64,000 bases of DNA, taken from NCBI GenBank assembly GCA_946555465.1, contig CAMNST010000003.1:64226-128225 (forward strand). The letters are read 5' to 3'. The translations under genes were made by a program, and so were the position numbers. Under the pieces are notes generated by a model. The model worked only from the letters and a program-made list of their open reading frames with translations, was not told where the DNA came from and ran no database searches. Below, piece after piece: positions 19,334 to 28,304 of this stretch. This stretch comes from an uncultured Clostridia bacterium (GTDB taxonomy: Bacteria; Bacillota; Clostridia; Oscillospirales; Acutalibacteraceae). Within the stretch, counting starts at the first letter, position 1; every line of letters starts with the position of its first letter.

Positions 19334-20755
19334 TTAAAATCTGAAATCGCGTATTCCGTTTTCAATCTTCTGCAGATTTTCTTTGCATATTTCTTTTACT
19401 TTATCTTTCGGAATATTTTCAAGTTCGGCTTTTATAAGTGCTTCGCCGATTTTTTTAGTGTCTTCGCTTGCATAGTCCATAAGATATTCTTTAAGAGTCA
19501 TAAGTGCATTAGGATGGCAGCAGTTCTGAATCTGACCTGATTTGCAGAGTGACATAAATCTGTCACCTGTTCTGCCCTCACGGTAGCATGCCGTGCAGAA
19601 TGACGGAATATATCCTGTGCTCATCAGCCAGTTTACAACTTCGTCAAGAGTTCTCTGGTCTGAAACATCAAACTGTTCGGTATCATGCGGTCTTTCCTCC
19701 TCGGTGTAACCGCCTACCGAAGTGCGGCTTCCGCCCGAAATCTGGCTAACGCCGAGACGGATTATTTTTTCACGGCATGACTGATTTTCTCTTGTTGAAA
19801 CAATCATTCCTGTGTATGGTACGGCAATGCGTATGCAGGCAGCAATTTTGCAGAATATATCGTCGCTTATTCCGTTGTCGAATTCATCAGGGTCAATATC
19901 GTCTGCTTTTTTTACACGCGGAACGCTTATTGTGTGCGGTCCTACCCCGTGAACTGCTTCGAGGTGCTCGGCATGCATAAGAAGTCCTGCAAATTCGTAT
20001 TTATACATTTCAAGACCGAAAAGAACGCCTAAACCTACATCATCAATTCCGCCTTCCATTGCTCTGTCCATAGCCTCGGTGTGATAAGCGTAATTGTGTT
20101 TTGGTCCTGTCGGGTGAAGTCTTTCATAACTTTCTTTGTGATATGTTTCCTGAAAAAGGATATATGTTCCTATTCCTGCATCGTGAAGTTTTTTATAATT
20201 TTCAACGGTTGTTGCAGCGATATTTACATTAACTCGTCTGATTGCACCGTTTTTGTGTTTGATTGAATAAATGGTGTTTATACATTCAAGAATGTATTCA
20301 ATGGGGTTGTTTACCGGGTCTTCACCTGCCTCAATGGCAAGACGTTTGTGACCCATATCCTGAAGGGCAATAACTTCTTTTTTTATTTCTTCCTGAGTCA
20401 GTTTTTTTCTTGCAATGTGCTTGTTCTTCAGGTGGTAAGGGCAGTAAAGACAGCCGTTTACACAATAGTTTGAAAGATAAAGCGGTGCAAACATTACGAT
20501 GCGGTTACCGTAAAAGTCTTTTTTTATCTGTTCTGCAAGATTATAGATTTCTTCAATCTTTTCTTCGTTTTCACAGGCAAGAAGAACGCTTGCTTCTCTG
20601 TGGGTAAGACCTTTTCTTTGTTTTGCCTTTTCAAGTATTTCATCAATAAGGGTGATGTTGTTTTTGTTTTTTTCTGCGTATTCAAGCGTTTCAATAATTT
20701 CTTCGTGATTAATGAATTCTTCCGCTTTTAATGATTTTGGATTATACTGTGCCAT
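19334..20755 (-). CDS. hydG: [FeFe]-hydrogenase maturase HydG (radical SAM tyrosine lyase)
   Basis: 473 aa. Radical SAM CVNGCLYCPY and the HydG-specific C-terminal cluster CTACYREGRTGDRFMSLC...CC. Confidence 0.9.
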   Translation of the reverse strand: MAQYNPKSLKAEEFINHEEIIETLEYAEKNKNNITLIDEILEKAKQRKGLTHREASVLLACENEEKIEEIYNLAEQIKKDFYGNRIVMFAPLYLSNYCVNGCLYCPYHLKNKHIARKKLTQEEIKKEVIALQDMGHKRLAIEAGEDPVNNPIEYILECINTIYSIKHKNGAIRRVNVNIAATTVENYKKLHDAGIGTYILFQETYHKESYERLHPTGPKHNYAYHTEAMDRAMEGGIDDVGLGVLFGLEMYKYEFAGLLMHAEHLEAVHGVGPHTISVPRVKKADDIDPDEFDNGISDDIFCKIAACIRIAVPYTGMIVSTRENQSCREKIIRLGVSQISGGSRTSVGGYTEEERPHDTEQFDVSDQRTLDEVVNWLMSTGYIPSFCTACYREGRTGDRFMSLCKSGQIQNCCHPNALMTLKEYLMDYASEDTKKIGEALIKAELENIPKDKVKEICKENLQKIENGIRDFRF

Positions 20756-20774
20756 AGTTGCCTCTTTTCATTTA

Positions 20775-21494
20775 TCAAAATTGTGATTTTATGTAATCAC
20801 AATAAATTTTAATTATATCAATATTGGTTTTTGCATACACCATTCTTGCACCGACGGTATCCTCAATTTCGTTGAAAATCAGTTTGTTTTCATTAAAAAT
20901 GAAATCAATACCTATATAGTCACTGTTTACTAAAGAAATTACTTTGTATATAAGTTTCTTTTCGCTTTCGCTCAGCGTGTACAAAACCGCATTCCCGCCA
21001 AGACAGAAGTTTGAGCGGAAATCCGTTTTGCTTTCTCTGAGAATTGAGGTGATTATTTTGTTTCCTATTACCCAGACACGCAAATCTTTTCCTAAAGTGT
21101 TGCAGGGTTTTTGGTAAACATAACCTTTTTCAAATTCTTCTTTTTCAGAAATTATGGAAACGTTATTTCCGCCGTGGCCGTCAACAGGCTTTTTTACGGC
21201 AGGAACATCGGTGTATCTTGTGAGCATAATTTCAATGCCGTTTTTTTCCATATAATCATAACATAACTGTTTGTCATTTGCCAGTCTGGAAAGACCTGAA
21301 GGGTTAAAAACACGTGTTTTTCGGTTTTCAAAATATTCTGCTATTTTATAATTATTGGTTCTGTTTATAACAAAATCGGCATCTCCGCGGTATGTTTCAT
21401 CAACAAGTTTTATATTCAGGTTTTCCCTGAATTTATTGACAGCAAAGTTATTTCGCTGTGCCTCTTTTTCTGAATAAATTAAAACTCCGCTCAT
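20775..21494 (-). CDS. RimK-family ATP-grasp ligase paralog B
   Basis: 239 aa. RimK-family hallmark DFRSNFCLGGN plus GIDFIF. Its start overlaps the stop of the upstream paralog (ATGA). Confidence 0.7.
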   Translation of the reverse strand: MSGVLIYSEKEAQRNNFAVNKFRENLNIKLVDETYRGDADFVINRTNNYKIAEYFENRKTRVFNPSGLSRLANDKQLCYDYMEKNGIEIMLTRYTDVPAVKKPVDGHGGNNVSIISEKEEFEKGYVYQKPCNTLGKDLRVWVIGNKIITSILRESKTDFRSNFCLGGNAVLYTLSESEKKLIYKVISLVNSDYIGIDFIFNENKLIFNEIEDTVGARMVYAKTNIDIIKIYCDYIKSQF

Positions 21495-22309
21495 AATATT
21501 TTCTCCGTTATTTCTTTAAAAATAAACGGTGCTATATCAATGCTGTTCGTGTTCATTATGTTTATTATGTGGGCATTTGAGTTCACTTCGCAAACCTTGC
21601 CGTTTAAAAATATATCAACACCGCCGAAGGTAAGACCGAGTTTTTTGCATGCCGAAACGGCTGTGGCTATTTCTTTTTCAGTCGGCTTATAAGGTGTCAT
21701 AGTGCCGCCGTTTGTTACGTTTGAGCGAAAATCATTCTGATTCTCCCTCATAGCAGCACTTACGCAGGTATTACCTACAACTTCTATTCTTATATCTTTG
21801 CCCGCATTGCTGCTTTCAAATTTCTGAAGAATAAACGGTTTTTCAGTTACGTGGCTCAGAATTTCGTCAATAGTACGGCAAAGATAAACCTGTTCACCGA
21901 AAGAACCGTAGCATTCCTTAAAGACTAACGGCAGTCCTAATACTGCGGCTGCCTTTTCAGCAAATTCACTCATATCTGATTTAAAATAGCATTTTGGTGC
22001 AATAAGCGTTTTGGGCTGTTTAACAGTATCAAGAAGTGCAAGATACGTTTTTGCTTTGTCGTCACAAAGTTCAATGGAGTCGGCACTGTTAAAAACTCTA
22101 TGCCCCTCAAGTTCAAGCCTTTTTGCAAGATTGATATCTTTATCCCAGAAAAGTACAAAATCACTTTGTATTTTTTCTGTTGCCAGTTCAAGGTTTGTTT
22201 TTACTTTCAGGTCAATATTCATTTCACCTGCGGTTTTAACCAAATGAGAGTGCAGGGCGTTGTATTTTTCAGATTTCAGAAAATGATTTATAACTAATAC
22301 TGCATTCAT
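21491..22309 (-). CDS. RimK-family ATP-grasp ligase paralog A
   Basis: 272 aa. KECYGSFGEQVYL, DFRSNVTNGGT and GGVDIF motifs. Confidence 0.7.
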   Translation of the reverse strand: MNAVLVINHFLKSEKYNALHSHLVKTAGEMNIDLKVKTNLELATEKIQSDFVLFWDKDINLAKRLELEGHRVFNSADSIELCDDKAKTYLALLDTVKQPKTLIAPKCYFKSDMSEFAEKAAAVLGLPLVFKECYGSFGEQVYLCRTIDEILSHVTEKPFILQKFESSNAGKDIRIEVVGNTCVSAAMRENQNDFRSNVTNGGTMTPYKPTEKEIATAVSACKKLGLTFGGVDIFLNGKVCEVNSNAHIINIMNTNSIDIAPFIFKEITEKIL

Positions 22310-22433
22310 AATAAATTCCTGTTAATAATGGGGATGTTTTATATATTGTATCATTGTGCCTTGCATTTTTCAACGTAATGGTATAAAATAATTTATATTA
22401 TTATTTGGTAATTATTTTACTGATGAAAGGAAA

Positions 22434-23615
22434 ATGAATATGACAGAATATAAACTTAAATACGGCTGCAATCCTAATCAGAATCCTGCCAGAATTCATA
22501 TGGATGGAAAAGAACTCCCTTTTACTATTCTTAACGGGGCAGCAGGTTATATCAATCTTTTAGATGCCTTTAATTCATGGCAACTTGTTCGTGAACTTAA
22601 AGAGGCAACGGGTCTTCCGAGTGCAGCGTCTTTTAAGCATGTTTCACCTGCCGGTGCTGCAGTTGCAAAAGAACTTGATGAAATTGAACGTAAGGTTTGT
22701 ATGGTTCCCGAAGATCTTGAACTTTCTCCTATAGCACAGGCGTATGTTCGCGCAAGGGGATGCGACAGAGTTTCGAGTTTCGGCGATTTTGCTGCACTCA
22801 GCGACGAGTGTGATGCATCTGTTGCAAAATTCCTTGTTAAAGAAGTAAGTGACGGTATTATTGCCCCATCATATACCGAAGAAGCGCTTGAAATTCTCAA
22901 GGCAAAAAGAAGGGGTAATTATCTTATTATCCAGATCGATGCAGATTATGAACCTGAACTTACCGAAACAAAGCAGGTATTCGGCATTAAATTTGAACAG
23001 AAGAGAAATGACGCAAAAATGACGATGGAACTTTTTGAGAATATGCCTACAAAAGTTAAGGATATTCCTGAAATTGCAAAAATTGACTTGCTTATTTCTC
23101 TTATCACACTTAAATATACCCAGTCAAATTCTGTATGTTACGCTATGGGCGGACAGACTATCGGTGTCGGTGCCGGTCAGCAGAGCCGTATTCACTGCAC
23201 AAGACTTGCAGGCAACAAGGCTGATAACCTTTGGCTTCGCAGAAACGAAAAGGTACTGAATCTTCCGTTTATAGAAAATATTCGTAAGTGTGAAGCAGAT
23301 AATGCTATAGATCTTTATATTTCCGATGAGTATGAAGATTTGCTTAAAGACGGCGTATGGCAGAGATATTTTACCGAATGTCCGGCTCCGTTTACAAAAG
23401 AAGAAAAACTTGCTTGGCATGAAAAGATGACAGATGTTGCTCTCGGTTCAGATGCGTTCTTCCCGTTTGAAGATAATATTGAAAGGGCAGTTCGCTCAGG
23501 TGTTAAATATATCGCACAGCCGGGCGGCTCAGTAAGAGACCAGGCAGTTATTGATTGCTGTGATGATTTCGGTATTGCAATGACTATGACTGGAATCCGT
23601 CTTTTCCATCATTAA
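22434..23615 (+). CDS. AICAR formyltransferase-domain protein (PurH-like, no IMP cyclohydrolase/MGS domain)
   Basis: 393 aa. YGCNPNQ, SFKHVSPAGAA and GAGQQSRIH motifs, and a C-terminal GIRLFHH. Confidence 0.85.
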   Translation: MNMTEYKLKYGCNPNQNPARIHMDGKELPFTILNGAAGYINLLDAFNSWQLVRELKEATGLPSAASFKHVSPAGAAVAKELDEIERKVCMVPEDLELSPIAQAYVRARGCDRVSSFGDFAALSDECDASVAKFLVKEVSDGIIAPSYTEEALEILKAKRRGNYLIIQIDADYEPELTETKQVFGIKFEQKRNDAKMTMELFENMPTKVKDIPEIAKIDLLISLITLKYTQSNSVCYAMGGQTIGVGAGQQSRIHCTRLAGNKADNLWLRRNEKVLNLPFIENIRKCEADNAIDLYISDEYEDLLKDGVWQRYFTECPAPFTKEEKLAWHEKMTDVALGSDAFFPFEDNIERAVRSGVKYIAQPGGSVRDQAVIDCCDDFGIAMTMTGIRLFHH

Positions 23616-23634
23616 TATTTTTTACAGCGTTAAA

Positions 23635-23664
23635 GAAGAACCTTGCTTTTTGCAGGGTTCTTTT
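23635..23664 (+). terminator. Rho-independent terminator after the purH-like gene
   Basis: Stem agaaccttgc/gcagggttct followed by tttt. Confidence 0.6.
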
Positions 23665-23692
23665 GAAATAATAATTTAATTCGGTGATAATT

Positions 23693-24448
23693 ATGAAAAT
23701 GATTTCGTGGAATGTAAATGGTCTTCGTGCCTGTATGGATAAGGGGTTTGAAGATTTTTTCAAACAAGTTGATGCTGAGATTTTCTGCCTGCAGGAAACA
23801 AAACTTCAGGAGGGTCAGATTGATTTTTCTCCTATGGGTTATAACTGTTTCTGGAACTATGCAGAGAAAAAAGGCTATTCAGGTACTGCAATATTTTCCA
23901 GAAAAAAACCGATTTCCGTTAAATACGGTATGGGAATAGAGGAGCATGATAAAGAGGGCAGATTGATTACCCTTGAATTTGATGATTTTTATTTTGTTAC
24001 GGTTTATGTTCCGAATTCCCAGCGTGAACTGAAAAGGCTTGATTATCGAATGAAATGGGAAGATGATTTTTTGCAGTATATTCTGACGCTTGAAAAAATA
24101 AAACCGGTAATATACTGCGGTGATCTGAATGTTGCCCACAATGAAATAGATTTAAAAAATCCTAAAACGAACCGCAAAAACGCAGGTTTTACAGAGGATG
24201 AAAGAAAAAAGTTTTCTGCTGTGCTTGACAGCGGTTTTACCGATACTTTCAGATATTTTTATCCTGATGCTGAAGGTGTTTACAGTTGGTGGTCTTATAT
24301 GTTTAAGGCACGCGAGAAAAACGCCGGATGGAGAATTGATTATTTTGTAACTTCAAAATCTCTTGATGATAAACTTGAGGATGCAAAAATCCATACCGAT
24401 ATTTTGGGTTCCGACCATTGTCCGATAGAACTTGATATTAACATATAG
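23693..24448 (+). CDS. xth: Exodeoxyribonuclease III
   Basis: [10 protein letters not shown] and CLQETK motifs and a C-terminal [10 protein letters not shown]. An internal ATG start is preferred. Confidence 0.9.
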   Translation: MKMISWNVNGLRACMDKGFEDFFKQVDAEIFCLQETKLQEGQIDFSPMGYNCFWNYAEKKGYSGTAIFSRKKPISVKYGMGIEEHDKEGRLITLEFDDFYFVTVYVPNSQRELKRLDYRMKWEDDFLQYILTLEKIKPVIYCGDLNVAHNEIDLKNPKTNRKNAGFTEDERKKFSAVLDSGFTDTFRYFYPDAEGVYSWWSYMFKAREKNAGWRIDYFVTSKSLDDKLEDAKIHTDILGSDHCPIELDINI

Positions 24449-24457
24449 AGGTAGATT

Positions 24458-25231
24458 ATGTCTGTTTTAATTTGCCCTGTCTGCAAGAAAACGCTTTTCA
24501 GACAGGAAAATTCTTTAAAATGCAAAAATAACCATTCTTTTGATTACGCAAAGGATGGTTATGTTAATCTGCTTTTAACTTCAAAAAGCGGTGATAAAAC
24601 AGGTGACAGCAAAGAGTCTGCAAGAGCGCGTCATATATTTCTTAAAAAAGGCTATTATGACTGTCTGAAAAAAGCAATTACGCAAAAAATGGTTGGTACA
24701 GTTCTCGATATCTGCTGCGGCGATGGTTATTATGATAACTACAGCGGTATCCTTTATGGTTTTGATATCAGCAAGGAAATGGTGCGTTTAGCCTCAAAAA
24801 GCAATAAAAGCGGTAATTATTTTGTTGCAAATCTTGCGTCAATACCCGTTAAGAGTGAAAGTATTGATACGGCAGTTCACCTTTTTGCACCGTTTAATGA
24901 AAAAGAATTTTCAAGAGTTCTAAAAAAAGAAGGCAGGCTTTATTCTGTAACACCGGGTGAAAATCATCTTTTTGAAATGAAAAGTATTGTCTATGATGAA
25001 CCGTATAAAAATGACGAAAAAACACCTGATGTAACTATGCTTGAAGTTGTTTCAAAACAGCGCATAACGGAAAAAGTTGAAATAGGAGCGGAAGATTTAA
25101 AAACGCTTTTTTCAATGACCCCGTATTTTTACCGTACAAGTCAGGAGAATAAGGCCAGGCTTGACAGTGTTGATGTTATTAAACTTACTGTTGATTTTAT
25201 AATTACGGAATATAGAAAGAAGATAATCTGA
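24458..25231 (+). CDS. rlmA: 23S rRNA (guanine-N1)-methyltransferase RlmA family
   Basis: N-terminal zinc ribbon CPVCKKTL...CKNNHSFDYAKDGYVNLL and SAM motif LDICCGDGYY. Confidence 0.8.
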   Translation: MSVLICPVCKKTLFRQENSLKCKNNHSFDYAKDGYVNLLLTSKSGDKTGDSKESARARHIFLKKGYYDCLKKAITQKMVGTVLDICCGDGYYDNYSGILYGFDISKEMVRLASKSNKSGNYFVANLASIPVKSESIDTAVHLFAPFNEKEFSRVLKKEGRLYSVTPGENHLFEMKSIVYDEPYKNDEKTPDVTMLEVVSKQRITEKVEIGAEDLKTLFSMTPYFYRTSQENKARLDSVDVIKLTVDFIITEYRKKII

Positions 25232-25232
25232 T

Positions 25233-25412
25233 ATGGATGTTTTGTGCGAAAAGTGCTGGTATAATACGTATGATGAAGAGACAGATGAAAGTTTTTGTTC
25301 TCTTGTTCTTGATGAAGATGAATATGTCAGATTTATGCAGGAGCAAAACAAAACCTGCCGTTATTTTCGCCCGGGCGGCGATGAGTACGACATAGTAAGA
25401 AAACAGAATTAA
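25233..25412 (+). CDS. Small Cys-containing protein (59 aa), below the ORF-track cutoff
   Basis: Translated by hand: MDVLCEKCWYNTYDEETDESFCSLVLDEDEYVRFMQEQNKTCRYFRPGGDEYDIVRKQN. The ATG lies 1 nt after the rlmA stop and a hairpin terminator follows. Confidence 0.45.
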   Translation: MDVLCEKCWYNTYDEETDESFCSLVLDEDEYVRFMQEQNKTCRYFRPGGDEYDIVRKQN

Positions 25413-25422
25413 ATATTTCCAC

Positions 25423-25458
25423 AAAAAAATCTCCGCCGATTTAAATCAGCGGAGATAA
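25423..25458. terminator. Bidirectional hairpin terminator
   Basis: Stem tctccgc (25430-25436) pairs with gcggaga (25449-25455). An A7 run upstream provides a T-run for the minus-strand membrane gene. Confidence 0.7.
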
Positions 25459-25460
25459 AT

Positions 25461-26291
25461 TTATGCCAAAAATTCAGATACATTCTCGTAATCTTTAACT
25501 TTTTCCTTGTTGTTTTCAACAATTCTTTCACAGAATGAAAGTTTTGTTTTTCTCTTTTTAAGTGATTCGGTAAATCTTCTTGATACGGCAATAAAAATGA
25601 TAAAGATATATGGCATACCAAGATTTGTCTCAAGTAAAGAATTAATAATCATAGGAGAAAGTGCATTTACATCCATGCCGGTAACTCCAAGGTTTGCAGA
25701 GCGGATACCGCCGAGATAGAGCCCTATTTCCCAACCGGCCTGAACAAGAATTCCGATTATAAGAAGCCATGGTATATTTACACGTTCGTCTTTCTTTTTG
25801 CGTGTCATATTCCAGATAAACAGTAAAACATAGCCGACAAACAGGATTAAAGCCATCCAGCCGTGATATGCCCCTGTTTCACGCCAGATTGTAATGGTGT
25901 AATTATGGGGACCAAATGTTTTGGTAAGCAGCGGGCAGCATATCCACCAGCCGAGTATTAATGTTGTCCATTCAAAAAGATTTTTGTCTTTTGAAATCCA
26001 CAGCCATATCCACGCAAAATTTGTAAAGCCGTAACTCATAGACATCCACATAAGAACCCAGAAGAGTTGGCTTTCGGTGCCTTCTGCACCATTCATAAGC
26101 AAATGGCGAGAGCTGGTTGCCAGATGAAAAATGCCAAAATCAACAATCTGATATAAAATGCCTGCTAAGAAACCGACAATAACGGTGGTATATTTCTTTT
26201 TGTATAATAACATACCTATAAACAAAACAAGAAACGAAATGTCAAGCCACATATAAAAAGGCTCAAACACTCTTTGTGCAACAACTTCCAT
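25461..26291 (-). CDS. Polytopic membrane protein, unknown family
   Basis: 276 aa with about 7-8 hydrophobic segments rich in W/F. I recognise no family. Confidence 0.6.
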   Translation of the reverse strand: MEVVAQRVFEPFYMWLDISFLVLFIGMLLYKKKYTTVIVGFLAGILYQIVDFGIFHLATSSRHLLMNGAEGTESQLFWVLMWMSMSYGFTNFAWIWLWISKDKNLFEWTTLILGWWICCPLLTKTFGPHNYTITIWRETGAYHGWMALILFVGYVLLFIWNMTRKKKDERVNIPWLLIIGILVQAGWEIGLYLGGIRSANLGVTGMDVNALSPMIINSLLETNLGMPYIFIIFIAVSRRFTESLKKRKTKLSFCERIVENNKEKVKDYENVSEFLA

Positions 26292-26390
26292 AATTCTCCT
26301 CCTGATAAATTAATTTACTTATTTTTAGTTTATCACAATGACAATTTTTTGTCAATTTATAAAAGCATTATCCCTGTTTATTTAACAGAT

Positions 26391-26426
26391 AAAAAACAGC
26401 AAGCAATCCCAAAGCATTACTTGCTG
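26391..26426 (-). terminator. Probable ancestral guaA terminator, now separated from guaA by the inserted element
   Basis: On the minus strand, cagcaag...cttgctg is followed by tttttt. It lies 26 nt beyond the left copy of the 12-bp att core. Confidence 0.6.
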
Positions 26427-26451
26427 TAAATCAAACTATTTATATTTTACC

Positions 26452-26463
26452 TTATTCCCACTC
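26452..26463. repeat. att core, distal copy (attL/attR)
   Basis: TTATTCCCACTC, identical to 35105-35116. Confidence 0.7.
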
Positions 26464-26646
26464 GATTCAGGGTTTTGCAACCGTAACATTTTAGCACAGG
26501 TAATATTGTTCACATTGTCCCGGCTATCAGTATTATCTAATACCTATTGCCTATAAAATTTTCTGTTGCCATATTGTTGCCAATATTATAACATGCATTA
26601 GTTCAAAGTACAATAAGCATATTACTTCAATTATTATTAGATATAA

Positions 26647-28296
26647 TTATTGCCTCCACATGTCTAGAATTAATTGGATGTCTACTTCTTTCCATTGTTG
26701 TTTCCAAAGTTCGAAATATGGTATATCCGTTGAAGATGGTTTTGGATCACATTCTTCAATCTTGGCTATTGACGGCATTGCAACTGCATCACCGATTAAC
26801 AAGCATTCTCCAGATTTTAACGTTGGCAATTTATCAATTAACTGACCCATTGTGTCTGGTAATAACCTTTTAACATAGTTTTGGTCGTTTGGATTTGTCA
26901 ACCTCATCGCAATAAAGTTGTTACATTGAGAAAAAATAGTCTCGGATATTTCAGAGGGTCGTTGACTTGTAAGTAGTAGCGTAACGCCATATTTTCTACC
27001 TTCTTTAGCGATTCTTTCGATGGACTCTTTTGACGCTCTATATTTAGACAACTCACTATTTGGAACATACTTGTGAGCCTCCTCGTAAACCAGTAAAAGC
27101 GGAACATCGTTGTTTATTGTTTCATCTGGATTGTCGGTAAATCGTAGGGTTTTGTAGTAATATCCAAATTCAAATAACAATCGAGAAATCAGAGACACTG
27201 TGATACTCAGTACCTCAAACGGAATACCGCTTAAATCAATAATTGTTAAATTTGAACAAGAATCATTATAACCGATAAATTGTTTTATCGTATTTTCAAA
27301 TGTGATTCTCTGCACCTGTTCGCCCAAAAGAAAACTTAATCGAACATCGTTAATCCTATTTTCTAACCTGCTAATAAAGTTTGAAAGTTTTCCGTATAAC
27401 GGACCTTGTTTAGCTCCACTTCTTCCAGGAACAGTCTCCTCGTTTTTTGATTTTGCAAATTGAAGAACATCCTTGATATCAAAAATGATTGGAGTGTCAA
27501 AATTTATCTTTTCTTTTGTTTCTTGCGGTCCTGTAAAATGATTCCGTTTGCTTTCGATTACCGCTTCTTTAAAGACATTGCGTTGATTATGATCATTTGC
27601 TTCTGTGTCAATAAATAATTCTTGCAACTCTTCGCTGTTTAAAAGCCAGTATGGCAATACCATACTTGATACATCCAAATAATTCGCTTCTGGAAAAGCA
27701 GTTTTGTATTCAGCGTGGATATCAAATAATACGATATGTGAATTGTTAAGACCTTCATAAGTTCCCTCTTTTGATTCTGCTGCACTTTGAAGAATTTTTG
27801 CAACAGTATGTGATTTTCCTGAACCTGTAGAACCAACTATGGCGATATGTTTATTAAAGAATCTATTCCCATCAACAGGTATTGTTATATCTGGATTCGA
27901 TGACAGGGTTGAAAAATAAAATCTGTTGTTTTCGGGAATCGCATTAATATATATTGAATCAATATCGTTCTTTGTTGCCGGTTTTACATCTTTCGGAGGA
28001 ATAGCTATTGTATCTCCTCCTCTTTCAAAAAGGCCATCTCTAATTATTCCTAACGGATAAGTTTCTAAAATGTATCTACGATCTGCAGTCCCATCTGGGA
28101 GTTCTAAAGACTCAATAGAATAATTTTCAATAACGGCAAGCATCACTGCATTATCGTTATCAGCGATTCTAACATATGAACCAACTTTTAGCTTTTCTTC
28201 GGCAATTTGGAAATCTTCAAGTTTATTAACAAGTATCTTTATTTTATTTGGCAGAACAGAAACCACCTCTGCATTAACTATTTGTGACTCCTCCAT
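26647..28296 (-). CDS. HerA-like (DUF87/FtsK-HerA superfamily) ATPase, partner of the DUF4297 nuclease
   Basis: N-terminal HAS-barrel-like segment, Walker A IAIVGSTGSGKSHT, FDIHAEY, and Walker B LLLVYEEAHKY. The start is at an internal ATG with a GGAGG RBS that overlaps the upstream stop codon. Confidence 0.85.
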   Translation of the reverse strand: MEESQIVNAEVVSVLPNKIKILVNKLEDFQIAEEKLKVGSYVRIADNDNAVMLAVIENYSIESLELPDGTADRRYILETYPLGIIRDGLFERGGDTIAIPPKDVKPATKNDIDSIYINAIPENNRFYFSTLSSNPDITIPVDGNRFFNKHIAIVGSTGSGKSHTVAKILQSAAESKEGTYEGLNNSHIVLFDIHAEYKTAFPEANYLDVSSMVLPYWLLNSEELQELFIDTEANDHNQRNVFKEAVIESKRNHFTGPQETKEKINFDTPIIFDIKDVLQFAKSKNEETVPGRSGAKQGPLYGKLSNFISRLENRINDVRLSFLLGEQVQRITFENTIKQFIGYNDSCSNLTIIDLSGIPFEVLSITVSLISRLLFEFGYYYKTLRFTDNPDETINNDVPLLLVYEEAHKYVPNSELSKYRASKESIERIAKEGRKYGVTLLLTSQRPSEISETIFSQCNNFIAMRLTNPNDQNYVKRLLPDTMGQLIDKLPTLKSGECLLIGDAVAMPSIAKIEECDPKPSSTDIPYFELWKQQWKEVDIQLILDMWRQ

Positions 28297-28304
28297 AATA
28301 CCTC

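Noticed and set aside
18442-19344. 300-aa plus-strand ORF antisense to hydF.
   Set aside because: It is a Ser/Phe/Leu-rich low-complexity translation with no motifs or RBS. The opposite strand encodes a clearly recognisable HydF. It is a typical antisense shadow ORF.
18153-20755. I considered whether hydF-hydG without an adjacent hydE or hydrogenase structural gene is an anomaly.
   Set aside because: The maturase genes are frequently scattered in Clostridia genomes. Absence from a 64-kb window says nothing about the genome.
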